Counted from the stretch's first letter, positions 17,459 through 27,470 are shown. The stretch is DNA of 64,000 bases from Marine Group III euryarchaeote CG-Epi1 (GCA_001875345.1 MIZA01000021.1:6222-70221); one strand, 5' to 3'. Numbers and translations are program-made. Notes: a model not told the origin generated them from the sequence alone.

Positions 17459-19816
17459 CTAACTCTTACTCAAAGTGTAATACAATGTACCGTGCATCAT
17501 ATTATGATACCAACCATTTACCCAGTCTTTGACAATTCTATAACTCGTTGGTTGATAACACCAAATATGTAATGCTTTTTCATGCTCTAAATCTGCAATG
17601 TCGTAATACATCTGCTGTCTTTGGAAGGTATCTTGTTCGGCCGCCGCTTCCATTATTAAATTATCAAGATCATCGTATTGAAATCCTAAGTAGTTGGAAG
17701 GGTAATATCCCTCTGCACCATGCAAGAAAGGATGAGCGAAGTTGTGCGGATCGGAATAATCTGCACCCCAACCAAGCATGAAAATTGGAATTTCTCTGGT
17801 TTTAAGTTTATCTAAAAACAATGGCCATTCAAGCCCTTGAATTTCAATATTGAAATTAGGATTTAAACTCTCAATCGAATTTTCAAGTAATAATAATCCT
17901 TCAAGCCTTACATCATTACCTAAATTGTAGTAAGCATCAACACTGAATCCGGTATCCCAAACGCCGGCTTCTCTAAAGTGCATTTCTGCCATAGACAAAT
18001 CATAGCTATATTGCGGACCATTTGGATTATATCCTAACATACCGTCTGGAATTGGACCTCTTGGTTGCTGACCTCTATTATCTATTACATCATTGATAAA
18101 TGTATCATAATCAAAAGAATAACAGAATCCTTTCCTGATATCCTCATTAGCAAAAAAATCACTAGATGGCGCAGAACCCTCGTGGTTAGCTATGTCATGA
18201 TTAAAAGATATCTGAATCATAGTCATGGATGGAAGATTAGATTTGTAATCAATATTATCATAAGTTAAAGCTTCATCAACAAATGTTGGTTGAACGTAGA
18301 CTGAATCTGCATTACCTGATCTTAGTTCTAGTAATCTTGCAGATTGATCATTATTTTTTTTGATAACTACAGTTTCTATGAATCCTTTTGCTGTAACCCC
18401 GAAGGACTGTCTCTCACTATCAGACCAACCCCTCCAATAATCTGGATAGTACTGCATTAAAACATACTGCTCTGGAACCCATTTTCCGCCATAATCTTCA
18501 TTCATCATGTATGGACCAGTACCCATTACTTCCTTTTCAATTGAGGTACATTGCACTCCAGCTGCAGGGAATCCGCAACCTTTGCTAGAAACCCAATCCT
18601 TAGAAACAATTGAGCCTGCTGTGTAAGCCATTATTGGCAAAAATCGTGGCGCAGCTTCCTTTAATTGAAATTGTACTGTATATTGATCAATCTTGGTGAT
18701 GCTATCTACTATTCCATCACCGTCTTCATCTGTATCATCAAGTAATTCTGCGTACATCCAAGAAGGACCAAGCCCCATTATCAACAACCTATTAATTGAG
18801 AAAACTACGTCATCTGCGTCCATTTCTGAACCGTCATGGAATGTGACTCCTTGTCTTATCTTAAAAGTGTAAGTCAAACCATCTTGTGATATTCCGCCAT
18901 TAGATGTGGAAGGCACTTCTGTAGCCAAAACAGGAATCAATTTATCTTCCTGATCTCTATCATAAAACACTAAGGTTTCATAAGTATTTGATAGAACTCC
19001 TCCGCTAGCTGAATCGTAAGCTTCTGCTGGATCCAATGTTCGTGGATCTCCTATACTAACTGTTGTGTATACTTTAGGATCTGGAGACTTAGATTCGGAT
19101 GATTGCTCAGCAATTACTCTAATAGTCCTGTAAACTGTATCAGGGATATTCTCTTCGCTAGTAACTGTGAGCTTGACTGGATAACTACCAAGTACTGAAA
19201 AACTACTGAAACCACCTGCAGAACCAAATGTATGAGACACCTCTGAACCTGTACCGGTTTCGCCGTCACCAAAATCCCAAGACCACGAAGTTATTGCTGA
19301 ATTCGATACGGACCAATCTCCATCATCATCTTGAGACCAAGCCCAAGAACCAGCTCCACTAAAATCGATAGAAGCACCGGGGGAAACAACAGAAGCTTTA
19401 ACTGAAAGAATTCCGTGTGGCACTCCTGAACCTTCGTTGACTTCTCCATGTAAGACTGTAATGTACGTTAGTCCCTGATCGTTGTTACCAACAGCCCCGT
19501 CATCATCTGTAACTGATAAGGAAACAATGTAGTCACCAGGGCTTTGGTATCTGTGCATTGCCATTTTGGTAGTTGCTGTATTACCATCTCCAAAGTCCCA
19601 TAAATAGGAAGAAATTGAACCATCTATATCTTCTGATTGTGATGCATCAAATTGTATTTGGTCGTTGAGATTTACAACACGCAGACCGGTTACTACATCG
19701 ACAACAGCAGTAGGATTGATATTTGTACCTATAGCTTCTTCTGTGTCAATACAACCTGAAAACATTAGCAGGCCAACGATGGCCATCGAGCATATTTTTT
19801 GTATTTGATTTTTCAT
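17459..19816 (-). CDS. Extracellular peptide-binding protein (family 5 SBP, OppA/DppA-like) with two N-terminal PKD domains and lipoprotein-like signal
   Basis: The signal peptide ends in a Cys (LLMFSGCID). Two PKD-like repeats (WDFGDGNTATT..., WDFGDGETGTGS...) are followed by a roughly 520 aa SBP_bac_5-like domain. Confidence 0.8.
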   Translation of the reverse strand: MKNQIQKICSMAIVGLLMFSGCIDTEEAIGTNINPTAVVDVVTGLRVVNLNDQIQFDASQSEDIDGSISSYLWDFGDGNTATTKMAMHRYQSPGDYIVSLSVTDDDGAVGNNDQGLTYITVLHGEVNEGSGVPHGILSVKASVVSPGASIDFSGAGSWAWSQDDDGDWSVSNSAITSWSWDFGDGETGTGSEVSHTFGSAGGFSSFSVLGSYPVKLTVTSEENIPDTVYRTIRVIAEQSSESKSPDPKVYTTVSIGDPRTLDPAEAYDSASGGVLSNTYETLVFYDRDQEDKLIPVLATEVPSTSNGGISQDGLTYTFKIRQGVTFHDGSEMDADDVVFSINRLLIMGLGPSWMYAELLDDTDEDGDGIVDSITKIDQYTVQFQLKEAAPRFLPIMAYTAGSIVSKDWVSSKGCGFPAAGVQCTSIEKEVMGTGPYMMNEDYGGKWVPEQYVLMQYYPDYWRGWSDSERQSFGVTAKGFIETVVIKKNNDQSARLLELRSGNADSVYVQPTFVDEALTYDNIDYKSNLPSMTMIQISFNHDIANHEGSAPSSDFFANEDIRKGFCYSFDYDTFINDVIDNRGQQPRGPIPDGMLGYNPNGPQYSYDLSMAEMHFREAGVWDTGFSVDAYYNLGNDVRLEGLLLLENSIESLNPNFNIEIQGLEWPLFLDKLKTREIPIFMLGWGADYSDPHNFAHPFLHGAEGYYPSNYLGFQYDDLDNLIMEAAAEQDTFQRQQMYYDIADLEHEKALHIWCYQPTSYRIVKDWVNGWYHNMMHGTLYYTLSKS

Positions 19817-20638
19817 TTAGTTCACCGTTATTGTGAATTGAGAACCTGCATTACATCCTGCAGGAACTTGAACATTAACTGATCTACCATCAGGTAGACC
19901 TACTGTCAAAACTTGACCCGGAACGACGCCCGGAGGGACAGTGATTGTCATACTAGTAGGCTCATTAGAAGGAACTGGAGGTACTGCTGCCTGAGGGGCA
20001 GAGGCTGGTGGAGCCACTGGATTCAGTGACTGTTGGGCAGGAGGTGCAATCATAGGTGAAGCTGCTGCCGGAGGTTGAGCCGGTGTTTGAGCAGGAAAGC
20101 CCCAGTCATCTTGTGGTTCTTCGTCTTTTCCTATGAAGGAGGTATATCCTCCATAAGCTATTGAACCAATTCCTCCCAATATAAGAAACATGAATATGTA
20201 TTCATTAACTGTAGAGTACCGTGATGTGATTGTATCAGAAGCTAATCCTGAGCCTCCGTTTTCATATCCTTTTAGAGTATAATCGCCAGTGCCATCCTGA
20301 ACTACTTCAAATTTAATTATTATACTATTTCCAACACCGAAATCTCCCATTATATCTGAGCCAAAGCGGAAAGGCGGATCATTCTCAGACTTTCCGATTG
20401 TTTCTAACCAAACAAGTGTTTGGCCATTATCAAGCTCCATTCTTGCAATACTATCTGAAATAGTGATTGTATCTCCAATAGAATAGTCAGTATACTTTTC
20501 TTGTCCTGATGAAGTATCAATTTGGTCTACAAAATCTTGCCCTGAGATACACATCATCTTCGGAAAAATATAAGTTAACCCAAGAAGTCCAATAACTGCA
20601 AATACGACACCTACTGCAATAAATGTATTGACGCGCAC
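19817..20638 (-). CDS. Hypothetical two-TM membrane protein with extracellular beta-rich domain, Pro/Ala-rich linker and small C-terminal domain
   Basis: The 273 aa product has TM1 near residues 5-25 and TM2 (EYIFMFLILGGIGSIAYGGY). The PAQPPAAASPMIAPPAQQ... linker leads to a roughly 45 aa C-terminal domain. The gene abuts the SBP gene (1 nt gap), which implies co-transcription. Confidence 0.45.
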   Translation of the reverse strand: MRVNTFIAVGVVFAVIGLLGLTYIFPKMMCISGQDFVDQIDTSSGQEKYTDYSIGDTITISDSIARMELDNGQTLVWLETIGKSENDPPFRFGSDIMGDFGVGNSIIIKFEVVQDGTGDYTLKGYENGGSGLASDTITSRYSTVNEYIFMFLILGGIGSIAYGGYTSFIGKDEEPQDDWGFPAQTPAQPPAAASPMIAPPAQQSLNPVAPPASAPQAAVPPVPSNEPTSMTITVPPGVVPGQVLTVGLPDGRSVNVQVPAGCNAGSQFTITVN

Positions 20639-20680
20639 ACTACAACACTTTACCTGTTAGATTTAAGGCTTACCTGTAAT

Positions 20681-22720
20681 CTAATTGTTGAATAATTTAT
20701 TCCTGTAGGCTGTTACAACCGCCACACCCACAACTAATATGCCGAGTACTACAGATATAGCCATGAAATTATCTGAAGAGCTTTCTGATTCGCCATAAGC
20801 ATAGAAATTCGAATGTGTGGACAATGAATAAGAACCTGAATCTCCTACAGATCTTACTAATAACGTGTGATCTCCAGTAAATGATATATCTTTAGCATCA
20901 AGAGTAATTTTCCAATTAACGTATATTGATTCGTTACTACTAACTTCATATGATGCTTCTTTCCATGAACTGCCGTCAAGACTGTATTCTACCTTTGATA
21001 ATTCTAACCCGCGTCCCCAAGCAATGCCTGTAAACTCATTAATGTTATTTCCAGATTGCCATCCTAGTTGACTGCCTGTAATATGTGCTTGCAAATCAAC
21101 ATTAATATTTTCCAAGTCTGTATTTATTAAAGAAGACTGAACTGCCTCATAAGCATCTGCCATACCCCAACCGAAATGTCGATTCCAGTATGGATCTAGT
21201 TCAGGATAAGTTGCCCAAGGACCTTCTTCAACGCCTTCTCCATCTGCTGAGGTAAGTGTCTCTTTTCTTTCGGCTGTTAAACGTAAAATTTCTCTAATTT
21301 CAAGAGGATCCAATTCAGGATTTGCTTCTATCATCAAAGCAATTACACCCGAAACTGCAGGTGTTGCGTATGAGGTTCCACTCCCTCTTCCACTGTAACC
21401 GTTATCTGCAGCATCTTGACCCGGAAGTCTGTTGTAACAACTACTACTGGCATAACATGCTTCAGCCTGAATGATATTTGTACCCGGAGCTGAAATATCA
21501 GGTTTCATTTCGTTATATGGATTACCATCATTGTTATCTCGACGAGGGCCTCTACTCGAGTATGAAGCAATGCCGTCATCTTCTCTATCTACGGTATTTT
21601 TATCATCTAAAGCTCCAACTGTTATCGAAAGACTTGAGGAGCCCATACCTGAAAGACCATCATTGTCTGAACCTGAATTACCTGCTGCAACAGAAACGAC
21701 TACACCAGCTAGTGTAGCTTCATCTAAAACTTGTGAAAACATATCTGACCCGTCGGAACCTCCGCTTTCGTGTGAAGTAATTCCCCAAGACAATGATATT
21801 ATATCAATTCCAAAACTTTCATTTCCAACACCTGCCCAAGCTGTATCTTTGTTGTCTATAACCCAGTTTAGACCATCCATCGCAGATTCGTAAAATTCTT
21901 GCTCCAAGATATAATTTTCAAAAGGGCCTGCTCCAACTGCAGTGCCAATTCTAACATCAACTAAATCTGCATCAGGTGCTGAACCCGTAAAATTTGAAGA
22001 CTGACCGTTTGGTAATATTCCATTACTTGCTGCCATGCCTGCGCATGCAGTTCCATGTTGATTTTGATCATCAGGATCAAACGAACCATCATCTTCTTGA
22101 AGAGAGGCTACGCACAAGGCGTCGTCAGAACACACTGCGTCATATCCTGCAATATTTTTACCATCCAAACCTGGATGCTCATTGTCAATTCCTGTATCAA
22201 CCACAGCTATGTTAACTCCTTTACCAGTAAATCCTAAATCCCAAGCACCAACAGGATAAACTGAAGAATTACTAGCTTTAATTGCTGGAGTTTGAACATC
22301 GCCATAGAAAACAACTTTGTTGTATGGCTCTACCATAAGAACTCCAGGAAAATTACTTATTGTTTCGAATAATTCAGAGCTAACAGTACCCAATAAAAGT
22401 CCGTTTACTAAGTCTACATTGACTTTAACTGTTATACCCAAACCCTCAAGTAAAATTAAGTCCTCCTTTGTTGGTTGATGATCATACATTACTCCGATAG
22501 CGTATTCATCATCAATAGTTTCCAACCAATCTACAATCTTATTTCGGTTTAAATCTCTTGATGTACTTTCCCACCACAGGCTTTCTTCCCAATGATCCAC
22601 CTTTACATTTGGAATTTCAGATAGCTCAGCTTCAATTTCTTCTGGATTTGATATACCTGAAGCAGGTAATGAAATAAAAACCAACATTGCTGCTACCATT
22701 AGAATATTTATTCTTTCCAC
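20681..22720 (-). CDS. Secreted subtilisin-like serine protease (S8) with C-terminal transmembrane anchor
   Basis: A signal peptide is present. The catalytic residues are in AVVDTGID (Asp), HGTACAG (His) and GTSYATPAVSG (Ser). A long C-terminal beta-rich extension ends in a hydrophobic helix + RNK. Confidence 0.85.
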   Translation of the reverse strand: MERINILMVAAMLVFISLPASGISNPEEIEAELSEIPNVKVDHWEESLWWESTSRDLNRNKIVDWLETIDDEYAIGVMYDHQPTKEDLILLEGLGITVKVNVDLVNGLLLGTVSSELFETISNFPGVLMVEPYNKVVFYGDVQTPAIKASNSSVYPVGAWDLGFTGKGVNIAVVDTGIDNEHPGLDGKNIAGYDAVCSDDALCVASLQEDDGSFDPDDQNQHGTACAGMAASNGILPNGQSSNFTGSAPDADLVDVRIGTAVGAGPFENYILEQEFYESAMDGLNWVIDNKDTAWAGVGNESFGIDIISLSWGITSHESGGSDGSDMFSQVLDEATLAGVVVSVAAGNSGSDNDGLSGMGSSSLSITVGALDDKNTVDREDDGIASYSSRGPRRDNNDGNPYNEMKPDISAPGTNIIQAEACYASSSCYNRLPGQDAADNGYSGRGSGTSYATPAVSGVIALMIEANPELDPLEIREILRLTAERKETLTSADGEGVEEGPWATYPELDPYWNRHFGWGMADAYEAVQSSLINTDLENINVDLQAHITGSQLGWQSGNNINEFTGIAWGRGLELSKVEYSLDGSSWKEASYEVSSNESIYVNWKITLDAKDISFTGDHTLLVRSVGDSGSYSLSTHSNFYAYGESESSSDNFMAISVVLGILVVGVAVVTAYRNKLFNN

Positions 22721-22761
22721 AATAACCTATTTAGAGTATCTGATAAAAGTTTTTAGTATAA

Positions 22762-23037
22762 CTATACTTTTTTAGAACAGTAAGGGCACATAGACCATTT
22801 TGCATCTACTTCTTTACCACAATGAGAGCAAGTCTTCATTTCTCTTTCCTTCTTCTCAGGCGCTTCTGACCACAAATTAGTCGGTGGTGGAGGTGGTAAA
22901 GGTTCAGGCCAAATTACAGATATTCCTAAACTGAATAAAAGTAATACTCCGGAAAGAATTTGTATTACTATATCTTCTGCGTAATATAAATTTAAAGCCC
23001 CTAGAAATGAAGCTAAAAAAAATGTCTGTCTCAGCAT
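22762..23037 (-). CDS. Small membrane protein with Pro-rich linker and C-terminal zinc ribbon
   Basis: The 91 aa product has an N-terminal TM pair and a PLPPPPPT linker. The C-terminus is CSHCGKEVDAKWSMCPYCSKKV, a CxxC...CxxC motif. Confidence 0.4.
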   Translation of the reverse strand: MLRQTFFLASFLGALNLYYAEDIVIQILSGVLLLFSLGISVIWPEPLPPPPPTNLWSEAPEKKEREMKTCSHCGKEVDAKWSMCPYCSKKV

Positions 23038-23038
23038 T

Positions 23039-24841
23039 TTAGTTTGTATACATTGAGTTTATTTCTTTAGACCAATTTTCATTAATTTGCTTTCGGCGGA
23101 TTTTCAGAGTTGGTGTCATCTCACTATTGTCTATATCAAAATCTCGAGGTAAAATAGTGAACTTTTTAACTTGTTCGGGGTTTGAAAATCTAGAATTTAG
23201 CGAATTAATTTGGGAATTTATTTCTTCAAAAATTTCATTGCTTCCTGTAAATTCGGAAATAGGTCTTCCTCTCTTTTCTAACTCCTTAATCTGCTCTTGC
23301 GGATCTTTAGGGATGTCATCTGGATTCATTCCAAGTTTATCACGAAGAATTGCACCGCCATCAAGTGTTACAAGCCCTGTACAATAGTTTCGAGAATCTC
23401 CGACTAAAAAGAACTGAGAAACTAAAGAAATAGATTTCATTGTTTCTTCAATTACAAGAGGAGCTACGTTCTTACCGTTTGAAAGAACATAGATTTCTTT
23501 TTTACGCCCAGTAATGTAAACATAACCTTGCTCATCAACTCTACCCACATCTCCTGTTTTTAGCCATTCTCCATCAAAAACTTCGGAATTCGCTTCAGGA
23601 TTATTGTAGTAACCCTTCATTATGTTATCTCCTTTGAATTGTAATTCACCATCAGATGCAACTCTTACTTCAGTTCCAGGACATGTTATTCCAATTGAAC
23701 CAGTTTTATTATTTACCTTATTATTGAAAGTCATTCCGGCTGTAGTTTCTGTCATTCCGTATGCTTCATAGATTGGAATTCCTACACTATGGAACAAGTC
23801 TATGATTTCTGGATTTATTGGTGCTGCCCCTGTGATTGCATGTTTACAATTTGAAAAACCTGCTTTCTTTCGTATGATCTTTTTGAAAATATTATTAATC
23901 AAAGGTATTTTCAAACCAATACGTACAGCTGCCTTAGATTCAATAGCTGCTTTTACATTAGAATAGACTTTTTCATAAATTCTTGGTACACCAACGAAGA
24001 AATCAGGCTGAATTTCTTTAGCATAGTCAATGATATGTAATGGATTATCAACAATTGTCATATTCAGAGCGCTAGTTACATGCGCATAATTATCACAGAC
24101 TTGTCCAAAAACATGGGCTTGAGGAAGCCAAGACACATATTTATCATGTGGATCTAGGGGTACAATGTGATCAATTACTTGATTAGTAATGAAAGCAAAA
24201 TTGTGATGAGTTAGCTCGACGCCTTTAGGATTACCTGTTGTCCCTGAGGTGTAGATTATTGAAGCTGTGGAGGCCTTATCTATTCCTGAAACTCTTTTTG
24301 TAATCTCATCATTTTTCAATTTCTCCCCTTTAGATATAAAATCATCCCAAGACATTGCTTTCGGATGGTCCATCATTTGCTCGTTTTCCATCATTATCAC
24401 ATGCTCTAATTCAGGAAGACTATCCATTATATTGTGAAGTCTGTTTACTGGTAATTTATCATTATTACCGCCCCATTGAGGATTATGGCCGACAAAAATA
24501 AACTTTGAACCTGAGTTAGATACAATCCATTCAACTTCTTCAGGAGAACATGTATGATAAACACTTACTGCTGTCCCGTCAACAGCATGAGATGCTGCAT
24601 AGGCTGCAAACCATTCCTTTCTATTGTAACTGTAAATACAAACTCTGTCTCCAACATTATGTCCGAGAGCGAGTAAAGAAAGAGAAATTTGATCTACATA
24701 GTTGCCATATTGAGACCAATTGAGGGTTTCCATATCGCCTTTACTATTTTTCTGTGAAATAGCAGGTAAGTTTCCATGTTTATCTGTGTTATAATTTATT
24801 TTTTCAGGTAAAGTCATCCAGCTCATGATGTAGTTAGGCAC
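23039..24841 (-). CDS. Long-chain acyl-CoA synthetase / AMP-dependent ligase
   Basis: The 600 aa product has AMP-binding motif I (YTSGTTGNPKGV) and the ANL-superfamily motif GYGMTE (EAYGMTETT). Confidence 0.8.
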   Translation of the reverse strand: MPNYIMSWMTLPEKINYNTDKHGNLPAISQKNSKGDMETLNWSQYGNYVDQISLSLLALGHNVGDRVCIYSYNRKEWFAAYAASHAVDGTAVSVYHTCSPEEVEWIVSNSGSKFIFVGHNPQWGGNNDKLPVNRLHNIMDSLPELEHVIMMENEQMMDHPKAMSWDDFISKGEKLKNDEITKRVSGIDKASTASIIYTSGTTGNPKGVELTHHNFAFITNQVIDHIVPLDPHDKYVSWLPQAHVFGQVCDNYAHVTSALNMTIVDNPLHIIDYAKEIQPDFFVGVPRIYEKVYSNVKAAIESKAAVRIGLKIPLINNIFKKIIRKKAGFSNCKHAITGAAPINPEIIDLFHSVGIPIYEAYGMTETTAGMTFNNKVNNKTGSIGITCPGTEVRVASDGELQFKGDNIMKGYYNNPEANSEVFDGEWLKTGDVGRVDEQGYVYITGRKKEIYVLSNGKNVAPLVIEETMKSISLVSQFFLVGDSRNYCTGLVTLDGGAILRDKLGMNPDDIPKDPQEQIKELEKRGRPISEFTGSNEIFEEINSQINSLNSRFSNPEQVKKFTILPRDFDIDNSEMTPTLKIRRKQINENWSKEINSMYTN

Positions 24842-24856
24842 TGAGATTATATTAAG

Positions 24857-26083
24857 CTATAGTCGCAGGAGTTTAGACTTAGCCATTATAAATTCTTCTT
24901 CAGAAAGAATTCCATTTTCACGCATCTCTGCTAATTGAACTAATTTCGACATCATTTCATCTTCAGTATTTTCTAGAGAGGTGTCAGACGTTTCTTCATA
25001 TTCGTTTCTCTCAAGTCTCCTTTCACTTGGAGATTCAGTACTTTCGATCACTCTGGCCTCTCTTGCAAGGTTTCGCGCTTTCTGAATATTAGTTAGGAAT
25101 TGCAAATAATTAGCATCGGAAAAATTTTTAGAAGCTAAATCATACATTTTCTTAGCTGCTGTGGTATCAAGATTATCATCTGAAGCTTTGATTATACCTT
25201 TCTTACAACCTGATAATAGTCTCTTAAGGTATGGCTCTAAGCTATAATTGAAGATGCCTCCTTTATTTCCTAGAACAACGTTACCTCCGCCGCTTGCCAT
25301 AACTCCTATTCTTGAGGTCTCATTACCAAAACCCCAAACTTTCCTCCCAGATTTATTATATAAATTTACTTTATTTGGTGACTCACCTACGGACACAAAA
25401 TCTGCAGTTTGGGCCATATCAATCCACAAAGGTTGCGAATCAAAAGTATTTTCCCAAAGGACTCTTGAATTCTTAACGCAAAATGAAAATTTACGGTCGC
25501 TAGTGAGATAACCTAAATAATCTCCGTTTGCACTAATGCATGTCTTAAGAACTTCGGAACCTGTCTCCTTTGACCACAAAACATTTCCCTTTACGTCATA
25601 CATATACAAATGGGAATAATCAGTTCCAGCCACAATGAATTCACCATCAGAAGTTATATCTACTGAATTAACAGAAAAATCTGAATTACTAAGATGAACT
25701 TCCCACAACTTTTTTCCCTTCCCATCATATAGTATGAGTTTACCTTCATCTGTTCCTACAGCAATCAAATTACCTCTGGAATTGATACTTGTAGCTAAAA
25801 CAGAACTTTCTAATTCCCTGTGCCACAAAGATTCGCCTTTCATATTAACCAAGTAAAGTACTTTTTGCGAACTACCCACTGCTATCTTTCCGCTGCGTGT
25901 AGAAACTGAAACATCATTTATTCTACGGATTTTTTTATTAAACCATAACAATCTTCCACGTGAATTTAAAAAAACAAGACCATTTCTAGTTCCTATTGCT
26001 GTATGCTTTCCATCTAGAGTCACTGACAAAGCGGACGGGGAAATATTTTCCCGAAATGACCAATTTGCAGGAGCTGGGCGCAT
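24857..26083 (-). CDS. Cytoplasmic beta-propeller repeat protein (PQQ/WD40-like blades) with C-terminal SHOCT domain
   Basis: The product has about 7 repeats of the form [ST]xxGxxIAVGTxxGxLxLYDxxGxxLW and no signal peptide. It ends in a SHOCT-like motif (MSKLVQLAEMRENGILSEEEFIMAKSKLL). Confidence 0.55.
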   Translation of the reverse strand: MRPAPANWSFRENISPSALSVTLDGKHTAIGTRNGLVFLNSRGRLLWFNKKIRRINDVSVSTRSGKIAVGSSQKVLYLVNMKGESLWHRELESSVLATSINSRGNLIAVGTDEGKLILYDGKGKKLWEVHLSNSDFSVNSVDITSDGEFIVAGTDYSHLYMYDVKGNVLWSKETGSEVLKTCISANGDYLGYLTSDRKFSFCVKNSRVLWENTFDSQPLWIDMAQTADFVSVGESPNKVNLYNKSGRKVWGFGNETSRIGVMASGGGNVVLGNKGGIFNYSLEPYLKRLLSGCKKGIIKASDDNLDTTAAKKMYDLASKNFSDANYLQFLTNIQKARNLAREARVIESTESPSERRLERNEYEETSDTSLENTEDEMMSKLVQLAEMRENGILSEEEFIMAKSKLLRL

Positions 26084-26131
26084 ATTCTAGAAAATACTAA
26101 GCTCTGAGAGCATTTAAATCTTTCTAAATTC

Positions 26132-26698
26132 TTAAAGGACCAAAACCGCCGCTGAAACTGTAGTGCACCAGTATCCTTCCTTATCAACTTTGGCAGTCTG
26201 AATTATAGATTCAGTTTTCACAATTCGATTATCTATTTTCCACAATTCTCTCTTTTCATCCCAAGAAGCGTCCGGGTCAAAATTAACTCCATATGTTGTT
26301 GCCAACATTTCTGCAGCTAAATCTTCCACGTATTCTTCCATAGAATAGTCATCCATTCCAACACAATGATGCTCTGATAAATAACCGTAATGCTCATTGT
26401 CTTTAGGAATGGCTACACCCACTCCTGAACTGACTAGATCTCCAAACGTATTACTATCTGAACGAGCTAAAACGACTGGAACTACTTGACCAGGACTAAG
26501 CATATTTGTTCCTTCATCCTGTGTAACAAAATCACATTTCGGAGGTAAAATACTTGATACTGTAATAAGATTGAGTGAAGCAATACCTGCCTCCCTTAGA
26601 GCAAGCTCAAAAGAAGTTAGACGTTCCTTGCTAAGGCCTTTGCCTTTCGTTAAAAAAATTTTTTTAGGGACCCAATTTTGAGATGACACATGCATCAT
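26132..26698 (-). CDS. pdaD: Pyruvoyl-dependent arginine decarboxylase (PvlArgDC family)
   Basis: The 188 aa product has the family pattern GKG...L.SF.LAL.EAGI...NLI.VSSILPP, in which the self-cleaving Ser-Ser gives the pyruvoyl group. It also has the conserved GVGVAIPKD region. Confidence 0.65.
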   Translation of the reverse strand: MMHVSSQNWVPKKIFLTKGKGLSKERLTSFELALREAGIASLNLITVSSILPPKCDFVTQDEGTNMLSPGQVVPVVLARSDSNTFGDLVSSGVGVAIPKDNEHYGYLSEHHCVGMDDYSMEEYVEDLAAEMLATTYGVNFDPDASWDEKRELWKIDNRIVKTESIIQTAKVDKEGYWCTTVSAAVLVL

Positions 26699-26738
26699 TT
26701 CACTTCGTTCTATTTAATATTTAATCATAATTAACAAA

Positions 26739-27470
26739 TTGACGAACTCAAGTACACAAAAATTATATAGTCCCCTCAAATCGAACAATGTGCAGAAGCA
26801 ACTTACTAGAAGAATGGCTGGGGAAATTGTAATTTCTGAAAAACCTGGTGACACTCTCAAGAAATGGAGAACAATATTCAAACTTTCTCAGAAAAATCTA
26901 GCCTCACTTTTAAATGTAAAGCCTTCAGTTGTTTGTGATTTTGAAAAAGGAAGAAGAGCCTCTCCGGGAATAGGCACCGTACGAAAATTTGTAGAAGCCA
27001 TGGTAGAATATGACAAAGCCCAGGGTGGGAAAATTGTAAGTAGTATGTTTGCAAAAGATAATAACAATGCAGTTTATGACATAAGGGAATTTAACACAGG
27101 AACTGCCATTAGTAAGTTAATCAAAGATATTGATGGTGAAATCCTTTCAGGTAACGAAGATATATTAGAAAGACCAATCTATGGTTACACAATTGTAGAT
27201 TCACTAAAAGCTATAACTACATTCAATGTGTTTGGAGATTTATACGGATGGTCTAATGAAAGGGCTATCTTTTTCTCAGGAGTGCATTATGGAAGATCCC
27301 CTATGATCGCAATCAGAGCACATCCTGTTAAACCTAGAGTTGTTATTTATATTAAGCCAAAAACCATTGACAAGCTTGCTACGAAATTAGCCGAAATGGA
27401 AAGAATAGTTCTAGTAAAGACAGAACTCGATGAAGAAGAAATAGTTACAATACTAAAAAAATTTAATTAA
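26739..27470 (+). CDS. Predicted transcriptional regulator with HTH (XRE-type) domain plus C-terminal uncharacterised domain; start uncertain (TTG 26739 or ATG 26814)
   Basis: The helix-turn-helix is LSQKNLASLLNVKPSVVCDFEKGRR. An AT-rich TATA-like element lies about 25 nt upstream of the TTG. The gene is immediately upstream of HMG-CoA synthase. Confidence 0.5.
   Translation: MTNSSTQKLYSPLKSNNVQKQLTRRMAGEIVISEKPGDTLKKWRTIFKLSQKNLASLLNVKPSVVCDFEKGRRASPGIGTVRKFVEAMVEYDKAQGGKIVSSMFAKDNNNAVYDIREFNTGTAISKLIKDIDGEILSGNEDILERPIYGYTIVDSLKAITTFNVFGDLYGWSNERAIFFSGVHYGRSPMIAIRAHPVKPRVVIYIKPKTIDKLATKLAEMERIVLVKTELDEEEIVTILKKFN

Noticed and set aside
21471-22237. Four plus-strand ORFs (21471, 21478, 21994, 22055) inside the S8 protease gene
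   Set aside because: They are antisense to a clearly conserved protease catalytic domain. Their composition is His/Leu/Gln-rich.
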